NCBI GenBank assembly: GCA_965215015.1
Contig: OZ244042.1
Span: 1,728,001-1,792,000 of the forward strand
Reading direction: 5' to 3'
Source: Candidatus Poribacteria bacterium
GTDB lineage: Bacteria; Poribacteria; WGA-4E; PCPOR2b
DNA: 64,000 nt
Part shown: positions 1-8,782 of the stretch, in pieces
How the letters are laid out: the number at the start of each line of letters is the position of its first letter
How positions within the stretch are numbered: the stretch's first letter is position 1
Notes under the pieces: generated by a model
The model's input: the letters and a program-made list of their open reading frames with translations, nothing else
The model's database searches: none
Told to the model about the DNA's origin: nothing
Program-made: the position numbers and the translations under genes

Positions 1-1
1 G

Positions 2-1222
2 TCCCCAGCGATTGGGCTCCAGCTTGTGCAGCACGAACATTTTGACGTCCTTGTTACCGATTTGCGCCTGCCGAAGATGCACGGAATTGAATTTCTCAAG
101 CGTGTCCAGAGGGAGCAGCCACATATCATTGTGATTGTCATGACCGCTTATGCGAGTGTCGAAACTGCTGTCGAAGCAATGAAATTTGGGGCGTATAACT
201 ATATCAAAAAACCTTTCTCCAGCGAAGAACTCATTCAGATGTTGGATAAACTGAAAATGCTCCACAGCAAACAGCGTTCACAGCTAAAAGTTCCCATGAA
301 AGGGCACTCTCCATACCACCATATTATCGGAAAGAGTCAGGCAATCCAAGACCTGTTTGACCTGCTTGAAAACATCTCCGATACCCAGAGCACTGTGCTG
401 ATCTACGGGGAACATGGCACGGGAAAAACACTCGTAGCAAAATTGATTCATTTTAACAACGCACGTAGACATCAACCTTTTAGGATTGTCAACTGCTCCG
501 GTGTGTCTACCGAAGCGTTAAATCGAGATCTCTTTGGAGATAAGCAAACCGATAACGAGTTCGCACATAAAGGGACGCTTTTTCTTAAAGATATTGATGC
601 CCTTCCCGTCCCGCTGCAGGTTGAGCTTCTACAGTTACTAGAAAGTCAACAACTGAATCCGGCCTCGAGCGCACAAATGGAGGATGTGCGGATTATCGCT
701 GCGACAACCAAGAATTTGCGTATGAAGGTCCAAAATGGAGGGTTTCGAGACGATCTTTTCTATCGACTGAACGTTGTCCCAATCTTCCTACCGCCGTTGC
801 GTGAACGGGTTGAGGATATTCCCCTTTTAATCAATCACTTTTTAGATTTATTCTCGCCCAATTCCACCATTCACATTGCCCCCGAAGCTGTCGACGGGCT
901 CACAGCATATCCATGGCCCGGCAATGTCCGTGAATTGGAAAACGTGATTGAACGGCTCGTAACGGTTGGCGACGGGGCAGAAATTACAGTTGACGATATT
1001 CCGCTTGAGTTGAGACTGCCGACCCATACCTGCTTAGATGAGACGTTGAGTGAGATCTCTTTCCAAGAGATTATCCGGTCGACAGAGCGTGAGCTCATCG
1101 GTTGGGCGATGAAAAAAGCAAATGGGAACAAAACGCAAGCTGCCAAACTCCTCAAAATGAAGCCTTCAACCTTCCGCGATACCCTCGCCAAGCATATTGA
1201 CCAGATTGAATGGGGGGCGTGA
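2..1222 (+). CDS. NtrC/Fis-family response regulator (receiver-AAA+-HTH), 5' partial, degenerate AAA+ domain
   Basis: Receiver DLRLP/MTAY/KPF, Walker A GEHGTGKT, FRDDLFYRLNV, WPGNVRELEN, C-terminal GNKTQAAKLL HTH; frame is open back to the window start. Confidence 0.9.
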   Translation, partial: SPAIGLQLVQHEHFDVLVTDLRLPKMHGIEFLKRVQREQPHIIVIVMTAYASVETAVEAMKFGAYNYIKKPFSSEELIQMLDKLKMLHSKQRSQLKVPMKGHSPYHHIIGKSQAIQDLFDLLENISDTQSTVLIYGEHGTGKTLVAKLIHFNNARRHQPFRIVNCSGVSTEALNRDLFGDKQTDNEFAHKGTLFLKDIDALPVPLQVELLQLLESQQLNPASSAQMEDVRIIAATTKNLRMKVQNGGFRDDLFYRLNVVPIFLPPLRERVEDIPLLINHFLDLFSPNSTIHIAPEAVDGLTAYPWPGNVRELENVIERLVTVGDGAEITVDDIPLELRLPTHTCLDETLSEISFQEIIRSTERELIGWAMKKANGNKTQAAKLLKMKPSTFRDTLAKHIDQIEWGA

Positions 1223-1243
1223 AGGGAAAGGGATACAAACTGA

Positions 1244-1440
1244 GTCAGCTACCCTGCCCTGAAGGAGGAGGCGTGTCGACTGCCCTACGGGATTACAAAG
1301 TTTGCGGCATCGGCTCGTAACTTTACACGCCAGCCACCGACGGCCACCGCAACCGTGTAGAAGTATTCACGATGCCTCCGCCACGAAACCGTTTCAACTT
1401 CCGGGCGAAACTTCAGACAAACATCGTCTTTCACCTATCA
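1244..1440 (-). mobile_element. Non-autonomous IS200/IS605-like right end with putative TnpB-type omega-RNA scaffold, no protein
   Basis: GTCAGCTACCCTGCCCTGAAGGAGGAGGCGTG at 1244-1275 resembles the IS605-type terminal hairpin motif; GC-rich structured sequence follows; the inner boundary is approximate. Confidence 0.55.
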
Positions 1441-1501
1441 CGTTGAGAGGAGAGCGAAAAACAAGCGTTTTTCTAAAGTCATCAAGTTACATAATACTCA
1501 G

Positions 1502-1982
1502 TAGGAGTTACGCACGTGAGTGTGTCGTAACGCCATCCAACCCGCGGCACGATAGATGCTAAATCGCCCGATGGGAGTCGGCATATGGCGTATGTCGTCC
1601 TCCCATTTCTCTAATCCCGCCGCAAGTGGGAGGACGAAGGGAGAGACGGCACCGCGGGACGTGCCTACTACTTTGGGATGAACTGTCGCCGCCCGATTCA
1701 TCGGACGGTGAGACGCATCTTCACCGAATCGGTAATCGTGGCGCAGAAACTATCCTCGCTGAAATCGGGGTTGTCTAAACTGCCAAATGCACCCACATAA
1801 GCCTTCTGTCGATCGATTTTCCAAAATCGAAAATACCTACAACATTGCGCTATAGAATACCAGACACGATGGGGCAACAATCCTGGCTCAACCCGCCCGG
1901 GACATTGCGCGGGAGTCCGGGTGTTTTTCGAGATATTAATATAGACCTACAAGGCGTTGAGCGGGCAACTGCATAAGTCCTA
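1502..1982. mobile_element. MITE-like element with TAGGA(C/G)TTACGCA terminal inverted repeats
   Basis: TAGGAGTTACGCA at 1502-1514 and TGCATAAGTCCTA at 1970-1982; related copies at 33538-33881 and 61376-61441. Confidence 0.6.
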
Positions 1983-2026
1983 ACTCAGTTACAAAAACAA
2001 TCCGTTTTCTTAAAAAAAAGGAGGGG

Positions 2027-2129
2027 CAGTTTCCTCCCCGCAGATACCTGATACTGTTGCACAACATGCCAGGCTGACTAAACCCGGACTATAGCGCAAC
2101 ACGTATGGTATTTACGGAGGCTCCACTGC
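2027..2129. ncRNA. Candidate structured RNA (long imperfect hairpin) at the position where ssrS/6S RNA often precedes ygfA
   Basis: Nested complementarity GCAGT/ACTGC, CCTCC/GGAGG, ATACC/GGTAT, TGTTGC/GCAACA; shorter than a typical 6S; strand uncertain. Confidence 0.35.
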
Positions 2130-2139
2130 GAAAATTTTG

Positions 2140-2706
2140 ATGAACCGGAAACAGGCACGCGAGCACCTTCGAGCGGAAGCTCTCCACAAACGGGACAGTA
2201 TTCCACCAGGTGTGAGGACCGAACTGAGCCGACAGATTGTCAACCACGCAATCAATTGGATCGAGAAGAAGCGAGCCGATGCGGTCCTGACCTATCTCAA
2301 CATGCGGAGTGAGGTGGAGACCGGCGGTTTGCTCGATTACCTATTGGTTCAGAATAAGGTCGTGCTTGCCCCTGTGATGAATACCAAACAACGAAGCTTC
2401 ACACCACACCGTATCATAGATCCGAAAAAAGATCTCGTTCTCCACCCCTACGGTATGTACCAACCGAACCGGGCAACCTGTCCTCCGTTCCCTTTAGACC
2501 AGATTGATTTAATTTTTGTTCCCGGTGTTGCCTTCGATCGCAAGGGCTACCGCATCGGATACGGTGTCGGCTTCTACGATCGATTCCTGCCGCAATGTCC
2601 ACAGGCAGTTTGGATGGGCTTGGCTTACGAAGCGCAGATTGTGACAAACACTTTTCCACAACCGTGGGACGTCCCCCTCCATCAAATCCTCACAGAAGGC
2701 TCGTGA
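2140..2706 (+). CDS. ygfA: 5-formyltetrahydrofolate cyclo-ligase
   Basis: SEVET and IDLIFVPGVAFDRKGYRIGYGVGFYDR motifs, WDVPLH near the C-terminus. Confidence 0.93.
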   Translation: MNRKQAREHLRAEALHKRDSIPPGVRTELSRQIVNHAINWIEKKRADAVLTYLNMRSEVETGGLLDYLLVQNKVVLAPVMNTKQRSFTPHRIIDPKKDLVLHPYGMYQPNRATCPPFPLDQIDLIFVPGVAFDRKGYRIGYGVGFYDRFLPQCPQAVWMGLAYEAQIVTNTFPQPWDVPLHQILTEGS

Positions 2707-2780
2707 TATTCATATGCTATTTCTAATTCGTGAAGAATCTTTTCAGTACATCCACTTACGCATTATACTCAATTTTACGC

Positions 2781-2808
2781 TTGACATCGGAGACGCCTGT
2801 GATATAAT
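2781..2808 (+). promoter_or_regulatory. Sigma-70 promoter of the dcw cluster
   Basis: TTGACA-16 nt-TATAAT with extended -10 TGn. Confidence 0.75.
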
Positions 2809-2877
2809 GCCTCTATTTGGGGTAAACAGTCTAAAGCTGTTTAGCAAGTGCCCCCAAATCAGTACAAGGAAGAGAAT

Positions 2878-2925
2878 ATGCCTGATTATGTAGAACGAAA
2901 ACCGGGATACCTCAGAAAGAGATGA
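2878..2925 (+). CDS. Putative 15-aa leader peptide (MPDYVERKPGYLRKR) coupled to rsmH
   Basis: Purine-rich AAGGAAGAG upstream; TGA overlaps the rsmH ATG (ATGA). Confidence 0.3.
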   Translation: MPDYVERKPGYLRKR

Positions 2926-3902
2926 GTGGGAACCACATACCTGTCCTAGTTGACGAAGTACTTCAATTTTTACAACCGAAAAATCACGGCTTTTATGTGG
3001 ATGGCACGGTTGGATTAGGCGGGCATGCCGCTGTCATCTTACAGAAGTCCGCGCCGAACGGATCTCTGCTTGGGATTGATTTGGACTCGGAGGCGTTGGC
3101 TATCGCCAAGGAAAGGCTGCATGAATATAGGGAACGGGTGACACTCGTTGGTGGAAATTTTGCCCATTTGGATCGGCTGCCTCAGTTGCCTCGGGGTGTA
3201 GCGCAACCGGAAGCGATGATTTCCCAAATTGATGGCATTTTACTCGACCTGGGAGTGTCATCTTTGCAACTTGATACGCCAGCAAGAGGGTTTAGTTTTA
3301 CCCACTCTGGGCCCTTAGATATGCGGATGGATACCAGCCAGTCTCTATCAGCAGCGCACGTCGTGAACCGCCACCCAGAAGATGCGCTCGCAACGATTTT
3401 TACGCAATTCGGTCAAGAACGTTGGTCAAAAAGAATTGCGCGCCAGATTGCTTACGCTCGAAAACGCAAATCCATCTCAACAACCTGTCAACTCGCTGAA
3501 ATCGTTCTGGATGCAATTCCCCCCAAATCAACGGGGTGGCGCATCCATCCCGCGACAAGGGTTTTTCAAGCGTTACGAATCTATGTTAACGATGAGCTCA
3601 AAAGCCTTCATTCCGGGATACGCTGTGCCGCTTCCGCTTTGAAGCCCGGTGGACGCTTATGTATCATCTCTTTCCATTCTCTTGAAGATCGAATTGTCAA
3701 AGAGCGGTTTCGTACCCTATCGCGTGCCTGTATTTGCCCACCGAAAACCCCTATCTGTGTGTGTCAGCATACACCGACTCTTCAAATACTGACCAAACGT
3801 CCGATACCTCCAACCCCCGATGAAGTTCGACGCAATCCTCGGTCTCGAAGTGCAAAATTGCGGGTTGCGATGAAGATCCATGAATCTAAAACGAAAGATT
3901 GA
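2922..3902 (+). CDS. rsmH: 16S rRNA m4C1402 methyltransferase RsmH
   Basis: HIPVL, DGTVGLGGH, DLGVSSLQLD, PLDMRMD, HPATRVFQALRI, SFHSLEDRIVK, NPRSRSAKLR. Confidence 0.97.
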   Translation: MSGNHIPVLVDEVLQFLQPKNHGFYVDGTVGLGGHAAVILQKSAPNGSLLGIDLDSEALAIAKERLHEYRERVTLVGGNFAHLDRLPQLPRGVAQPEAMISQIDGILLDLGVSSLQLDTPARGFSFTHSGPLDMRMDTSQSLSAAHVVNRHPEDALATIFTQFGQERWSKRIARQIAYARKRKSISTTCQLAEIVLDAIPPKSTGWRIHPATRVFQALRIYVNDELKSLHSGIRCAASALKPGGRLCIISFHSLEDRIVKERFRTLSRACICPPKTPICVCQHTPTLQILTKRPIPPTPDEVRRNPRSRSAKLRVAMKIHESKTKD

Positions 3903-3962
3903 ACGTTTCTTAAAAACTGGACGAGACGATTTGCAAAGGGACAGTCAGAAACGATTATAATC

Positions 3963-4256
3963 ATGAAATATCAGAAACCAACCCGGTCAGCAAAATTTCA
4001 TCCCTTTGCATACCTCGCGCTTGCTCTTTATATCTGTATCTTTTTTCTGAGTGCCTGGTTTTCGTCATACCAACACAAGGTTGCCCTACAAATGCGTGAG
4101 GGGTTTGAGCAGCGGAGGGATCAGCTCCAGAACGAAATTAACAGACTCAAAATACAGGAAACAAGGCTCACTTCCATTGAACGGATTCATGAAATTGCCA
4201 AAGATCTTCAGATGGTTCAACCTTCCAAGCCAACCTATATGCTGAAAGCCGATTAA
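3963..4256 (+). CDS. ftsL: Cell division protein FtsL
   Basis: Single TM helix plus coiled coil, ERIHEIAKDLQM; lies between rsmH and ftsI. Confidence 0.8.
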   Translation: MKYQKPTRSAKFHPFAYLALALYICIFFLSAWFSSYQHKVALQMREGFEQRRDQLQNEINRLKIQETRLTSIERIHEIAKDLQMVQPSKPTYMLKAD

Positions 4257-4462
4257 GATTTGCGAATCATGCGTTTCATTGTGCAAGCCCTTAACCTTTG
4301 ATGCGCTCTGGAACATCCAGGCTATTGGCGGAGGCCCCGCAACGTGGTGTATGAATGTGAAACGTAAGGGGTAATATGCTTCGTGTTTCAGGCAGGTGAT
4401 TCCGTCCTTGTAGTGTTCCTCACCAATATCGTACACAATTACACTGCCGCATTGACACGCCT

Positions 4463-6217
4463 ATGAAAAATATACCTTTTCCCCGGATTACAATTGTATG
4501 GGTTATTTTGGAACTCTGCTTAGGGTTATTGATAGGGCGCTTGTTTCTGATTCAGTATGTACATAGTCAGAAGCTACGCGGGCGTTCTGAGGGGCAGCGT
4601 AACACACAAGTGGGTTTTCAGACAAAGCGCGCTAAGATTGTGGATCGGCACGGAAGTGTATTCGCAATCAATCAGGATCTGGTTTCGGTCTATGCGGATC
4701 CAAAAACGCTGAAAGATAAGTCTGATGAGGTTGTGCATAAACTTGCGCCAGTGCTCAATGTGTCGGAATCTAGACTGTTGCCGGTGCTGCAGCAAAAGAA
4801 AAGGCGTTTTGTTTGGTTGAAACGGAATATAGAGTACGAACGCATCAACGCCATCCGCCAAGTCACTAAAAGCATTTACGGGGTCGGGTATCGGACCCAT
4901 GAAAAGCGATCTTACCCAAAAGACGAACTAGCGTGCCATATTATTGGATATACCAATTTTCAAAATAAAGGTATTGACGGAATCGAGCATCAGTACGATG
5001 CCTATCTAAGTACGGGTGAAAAAGACTACCTGCCAACATCACAACCAAAAGGGAGTCAGATCAGTACTGATGGTAAGAGACGCCCCATTCGTCCGCCACA
5101 ACTTTATCAACGCGGGGGGAAATACGGTTGTAGCGTTGTCCTTACGCTTGATGAATATATTCAACATATCGCAGAAACAGAACTGATTGCCGGCTGCGAA
5201 AAATGGCAGGCGAAAGCGGGAACAGCAATCGTCATGCACTCCAAAACTGGTGAGATTTTGGCATTAGCCAATTATCCGAACTACAATCTCAATCACTACT
5301 CAAAGAGCAAAGAGTTAGCCAAGCGAAATCGCGCCATCTGGATGCAATACGAACCTGGCTCCGTGTTTAAAATCGTCACCGCCTCTGCTGTCCTCAACGA
5401 GAAACTGATGTCTCCGGACTCGCGTGAGTATTGCGAGATGGGGGAATATCGTCTGTCCAATGGGCATGTTATTCACGATATTAAGCCAAATGCGTGGCTA
5501 ACACTCAGCGAGATTATCGCAAAGTCCAGTAATATTGGTATCCTTAAGGTTGCGAGTCTTCTAGACAAAGAACAGTCAGAAGCTTACACGCGCCGGTTTG
5601 GATTCGGTGAGAAAACCGGTATCGATCTACCTTACGAACGCATCGGTAGTTTGAGGGGCTTCCGAAAATGGGATGACTACTCGATTGCCTCTGTTCCTTT
5701 TGGACAAGGTATTTCCGTGACACCTATCCAAGTGTTGAATGCCATCAACGTAATTGCTACCAACGGTGTGCTGTTACAGCCGTATGTCACTCGGCAAATT
5801 ATCGATAAGGACGGAAACTTGCTAGAACAATCATACCCCAAGCCAATTCGTCGTGTGATTTCCGCAGAAACCGCACAAACGATGACACAAATGCTTGTCA
5901 GTGTGACGGAAGCCGGTGGTGGAATAAGGGCGCGTGTCGAAGGATATACTGTTGCTGGCAAAACTGGTACAGCACAAAAAGCAGAACGAGGGAAAGGGTA
6001 CGTCGAAGGCAAAGTGGTCGGCACTTTTGCAGGATTTCTTCCGGCGGAGGATGCGTTGCTCTCAATTATTGTTGTTGTTGACGAGCCGGCGGGTGCTCCG
6101 TTGAGTAGTTATGTCACCGCACCAATTTTCCAAAAGATTGCGAGTGAAGTGATGCGCTATTTGAGCCAAAAGCATCTCTTTGCCCAGAAATCAACTGCAA
6201 TTGATGCGGAAAACTAA
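4463..6217 (+). CDS. ftsI: Class B penicillin-binding protein (FtsI/PBP3-like)
   Basis: N-terminal TM, EPGSVFK (SxxK), SSN, KTGTAQK motifs; dcw context. Confidence 0.92.
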   Translation: MKNIPFPRITIVWVILELCLGLLIGRLFLIQYVHSQKLRGRSEGQRNTQVGFQTKRAKIVDRHGSVFAINQDLVSVYADPKTLKDKSDEVVHKLAPVLNVSESRLLPVLQQKKRRFVWLKRNIEYERINAIRQVTKSIYGVGYRTHEKRSYPKDELACHIIGYTNFQNKGIDGIEHQYDAYLSTGEKDYLPTSQPKGSQISTDGKRRPIRPPQLYQRGGKYGCSVVLTLDEYIQHIAETELIAGCEKWQAKAGTAIVMHSKTGEILALANYPNYNLNHYSKSKELAKRNRAIWMQYEPGSVFKIVTASAVLNEKLMSPDSREYCEMGEYRLSNGHVIHDIKPNAWLTLSEIIAKSSNIGILKVASLLDKEQSEAYTRRFGFGEKTGIDLPYERIGSLRGFRKWDDYSIASVPFGQGISVTPIQVLNAINVIATNGVLLQPYVTRQIIDKDGNLLEQSYPKPIRRVISAETAQTMTQMLVSVTEAGGGIRARVEGYTVAGKTGTAQKAERGKGYVEGKVVGTFAGFLPAEDALLSIIVVVDEPAGAPLSSYVTAPIFQKIASEVMRYLSQKHLFAQKSTAIDAEN

Positions 6218-6288
6218 TCAGCACTCCATTGATTGGTACTATTTGGTTTATATCGGTCCAGATTGATGTATCTTTGGGAGGTAAGCCA

Positions 6289-7100
6289 ATGAAAAGGGTA
6301 AATGTGAAGTGTTTGATTTGTGCTGTGGTCTTAGCACTAGGCGTCATTAACCAAGCGGAAAGTTGCGTTCGGGTTGTGCCAGATTTAGCGTAGCCGCCGG
6401 GGGAGAGTTGGTTGTTGTAGGGAAACTGTTATCAGTAGAAACGAAAGTTGATGCGCCGACTCGGCTGCTGTATACGGATGTCACCGTAGAGGTTGTCCAA
6501 GTTATTCGGAATACAAAGGAGAAAGGGATAAAAGTCGGCTCGACTATCAATTTTCGTTCCCGTAGCAGAATACTCGAGGCAGAGTTCAGCAAAGAGGAGA
6601 TAGAGGGTTTGCTTCTTCTGTCGCTAGAACGACCTCACCCCAGAACAACAGTCGGCCGCAAAAAAAGATTTGACACCATTTTTGACGTTTTTGGGGAGAC
6701 CATGGGAAATCCACCATTAGAATCAAAGGTGATGTTCCCATGGTGTATCTGTTTGGGTTGAAACGCGAGGTTGTAAAGCCACAATTTCGATGGTCACGCA
6801 ATCGATGATCACATAAAAACTAGTATCAAGAGTTGGAGATTGGATTGCCTCTTGACTGGGGCCTAGAAGCGATGAATATGGCGATTAGCTTGGGTTCTAG
6901 GAATCCAGTTAAAAGCCTGACAGGCCCCGAAGATATACCCGCAGAAATCAGGTTTCAATATGGACGACTTAGCAGCCTAGAAAAGTTGGTTTGTAGATTA
7001 GGATCGGAAGGCAGGTCAGAGGCGGCCCTTACTTAAAATCGCCCGCAAAGAACTCGCTCCGCTCAAAGAGGAGTTAGACCGAGTAGAAGGAAACGACTAA
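6289..7100 (+). pseudogene. Frameshifted secreted hypothetical protein inside the dcw cluster
   Basis: GGGAGG RBS, ATG 6289 with signal peptide MKRVNVKCLICAVVLALG; early stop, then protein-like fragments in other frames (6363-6761, 6833-7036, tail ending TAA 7100). Confidence 0.55.
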
Positions 7101-7181
7101 GACGGAAAGCACGGTTTTTCTTTTGCAAGGCAATTGTGTCTTTTCTGGTTTCATTTGTGAAGGTCGAAGGTGGAATAGATC

Positions 7182-8636
7182 GTGAACCTACATCGCTTAC
7201 TCCAAGGGGTAAACATCTCCTCATCAATTGGAGAGTTTGATAAAGACATTACCGGCATTGCGAGCGATAGTCGAGTTGTGAAGCCGGGGTACGCCTTTGT
7301 CTGTTATGACGGCGTCAACGTTGATGGACACGCCTTCATGCCCCAAGCCATCCAAAACGGTGCAACGACGATCATCGGGGAGAAACCGCAACCGATGCCG
7401 CCCGGTGTCACCTATATCCAAACGTCAAACGGACGCATCGCGTTCTCGCTCATTGCGGCAAACTGGCACGGAAATCCGGCAGATCGACTGAAGCTGATTG
7501 GCATCACCGGCACAAATGGCAAGACCTCAACAGCACATTTAGCCCATTCGATTTTCAAAGCTGCCGGACTAAGGTCGGGACTCATGGGCACAGTTGGAGC
7601 CCATTACGCAGATGTCTTTGTGCCGCCCACGATAACGACGCTCGAACCTTTGACACTTCATAAACTGTTTCGAGATATTGCTGATGAGGGCGTAGACTAT
7701 GTTATCATGGAAACCTCATCTCAAGGGCTCGCACAACACCGATTGGCTGGGCTCACTTTTGAAACAGCGGTTTTCACCAATCTGACACAAGACCATCTGG
7801 ATTACCATCAGACAATGGAGGAATATCTGAACGCTAAGACGATGCTGTTTCAGCAGCTCAACCCCGATAACGGCCTGGCAATCCTTAACGCGGACGATCC
7901 CGCCTCCGATTCAATCCGTCATCAAACCAATCCCCCCAACCTTACCTTTGGGGTTGAGGAACCGGCGGATTTGTCGGTCAGCAACGTCGAATCAACACTC
8001 AAACGACTCTCATTCGTCGCAAATACACCAAAGGGAAAAATACCTGCAAATCTGCGTCTGTTGGGTGATTACAACCTATATAACGCTCTTGCTGCGATCG
8101 GGATAGGGATCCACCATGACTGCTCGCTTGAGGCGATTCAAGGGGGACTTGAATCCACAGTTGTGCCGGGACGATTTGAGTTGGTCGATCGGGGACAACC
8201 TTTTGCCGTTGTTGTGGACTACGCCCATACGCCCGACGGTTTGGAAAACCTACTGACTGCTGCACGGAAGATTACGGAGGGTAATTTAATCTGCGTCTTT
8301 GGCTGCGGTGGAGACCGAGACCGTGGCAAACGTCCGAAGATGGGCAAAATCTCTGCAACCATTGCCGATCACAGCGTGATTACTTCTGACAATCCACGCA
8401 CCGAAGAGCCAGACACTATCATCACCGACATTGTGCAAGGCTTACCCCATGGCGCAAGTTACGACCTGATTCAGGACCGCCGGATTGCCATCGGTCATGC
8501 AATTGGGTTAGCAAAGGCAGGCGATCTTGTCACCATCGCGGGCAAGGGGCATGAGCCGTATCAAGAAATCAATGGCGTGCAATTTGACTTCGACGATCGG
8601 GAAGTCGCAGCGGAATTTCTTGAGCAGTTGAAGTAG
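7182..8636 (+). CDS. murE: UDP-MurNAc-L-Ala-D-Glu:meso-DAP ligase
   Basis: GITGTNGKT, TNLTQDHLDYH, VDYAHTPD, DNPR (DAP-type), AGKGHE. Confidence 0.96.
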   Translation: MNLHRLLQGVNISSSIGEFDKDITGIASDSRVVKPGYAFVCYDGVNVDGHAFMPQAIQNGATTIIGEKPQPMPPGVTYIQTSNGRIAFSLIAANWHGNPADRLKLIGITGTNGKTSTAHLAHSIFKAAGLRSGLMGTVGAHYADVFVPPTITTLEPLTLHKLFRDIADEGVDYVIMETSSQGLAQHRLAGLTFETAVFTNLTQDHLDYHQTMEEYLNAKTMLFQQLNPDNGLAILNADDPASDSIRHQTNPPNLTFGVEEPADLSVSNVESTLKRLSFVANTPKGKIPANLRLLGDYNLYNALAAIGIGIHHDCSLEAIQGGLESTVVPGRFELVDRGQPFAVVVDYAHTPDGLENLLTAARKITEGNLICVFGCGGDRDRGKRPKMGKISATIADHSVITSDNPRTEEPDTIITDIVQGLPHGASYDLIQDRRIAIGHAIGLAKAGDLVTIAGKGHEPYQEINGVQFDFDDREVAAEFLEQLK

Positions 8637-8782
8637 TCCCAATGAACTCAATGCTATTCAACTAGAGCGTCAAGAGGCGATACTCGACATAAGTTGGTAG
8701 TAGGGTAACTTATTGCCCATCCCGGCAGATTGGGCCCAGGACAGCTGCCCACAATTTGCTCATCACCTTCACGCATTACGCT

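Noticed and set aside
1302-1880. Small ORFs between the regulator and ygfA
   Set aside because: They overlap the IS-end and MITE sequences and show no protein motifs.
3192-3215. tRNA-Pro-like 5' sequence CGGGGTGTAGCGCA
   Set aside because: No anticodon arm, T-arm or acceptor partner; it lies in frame within rsmH.
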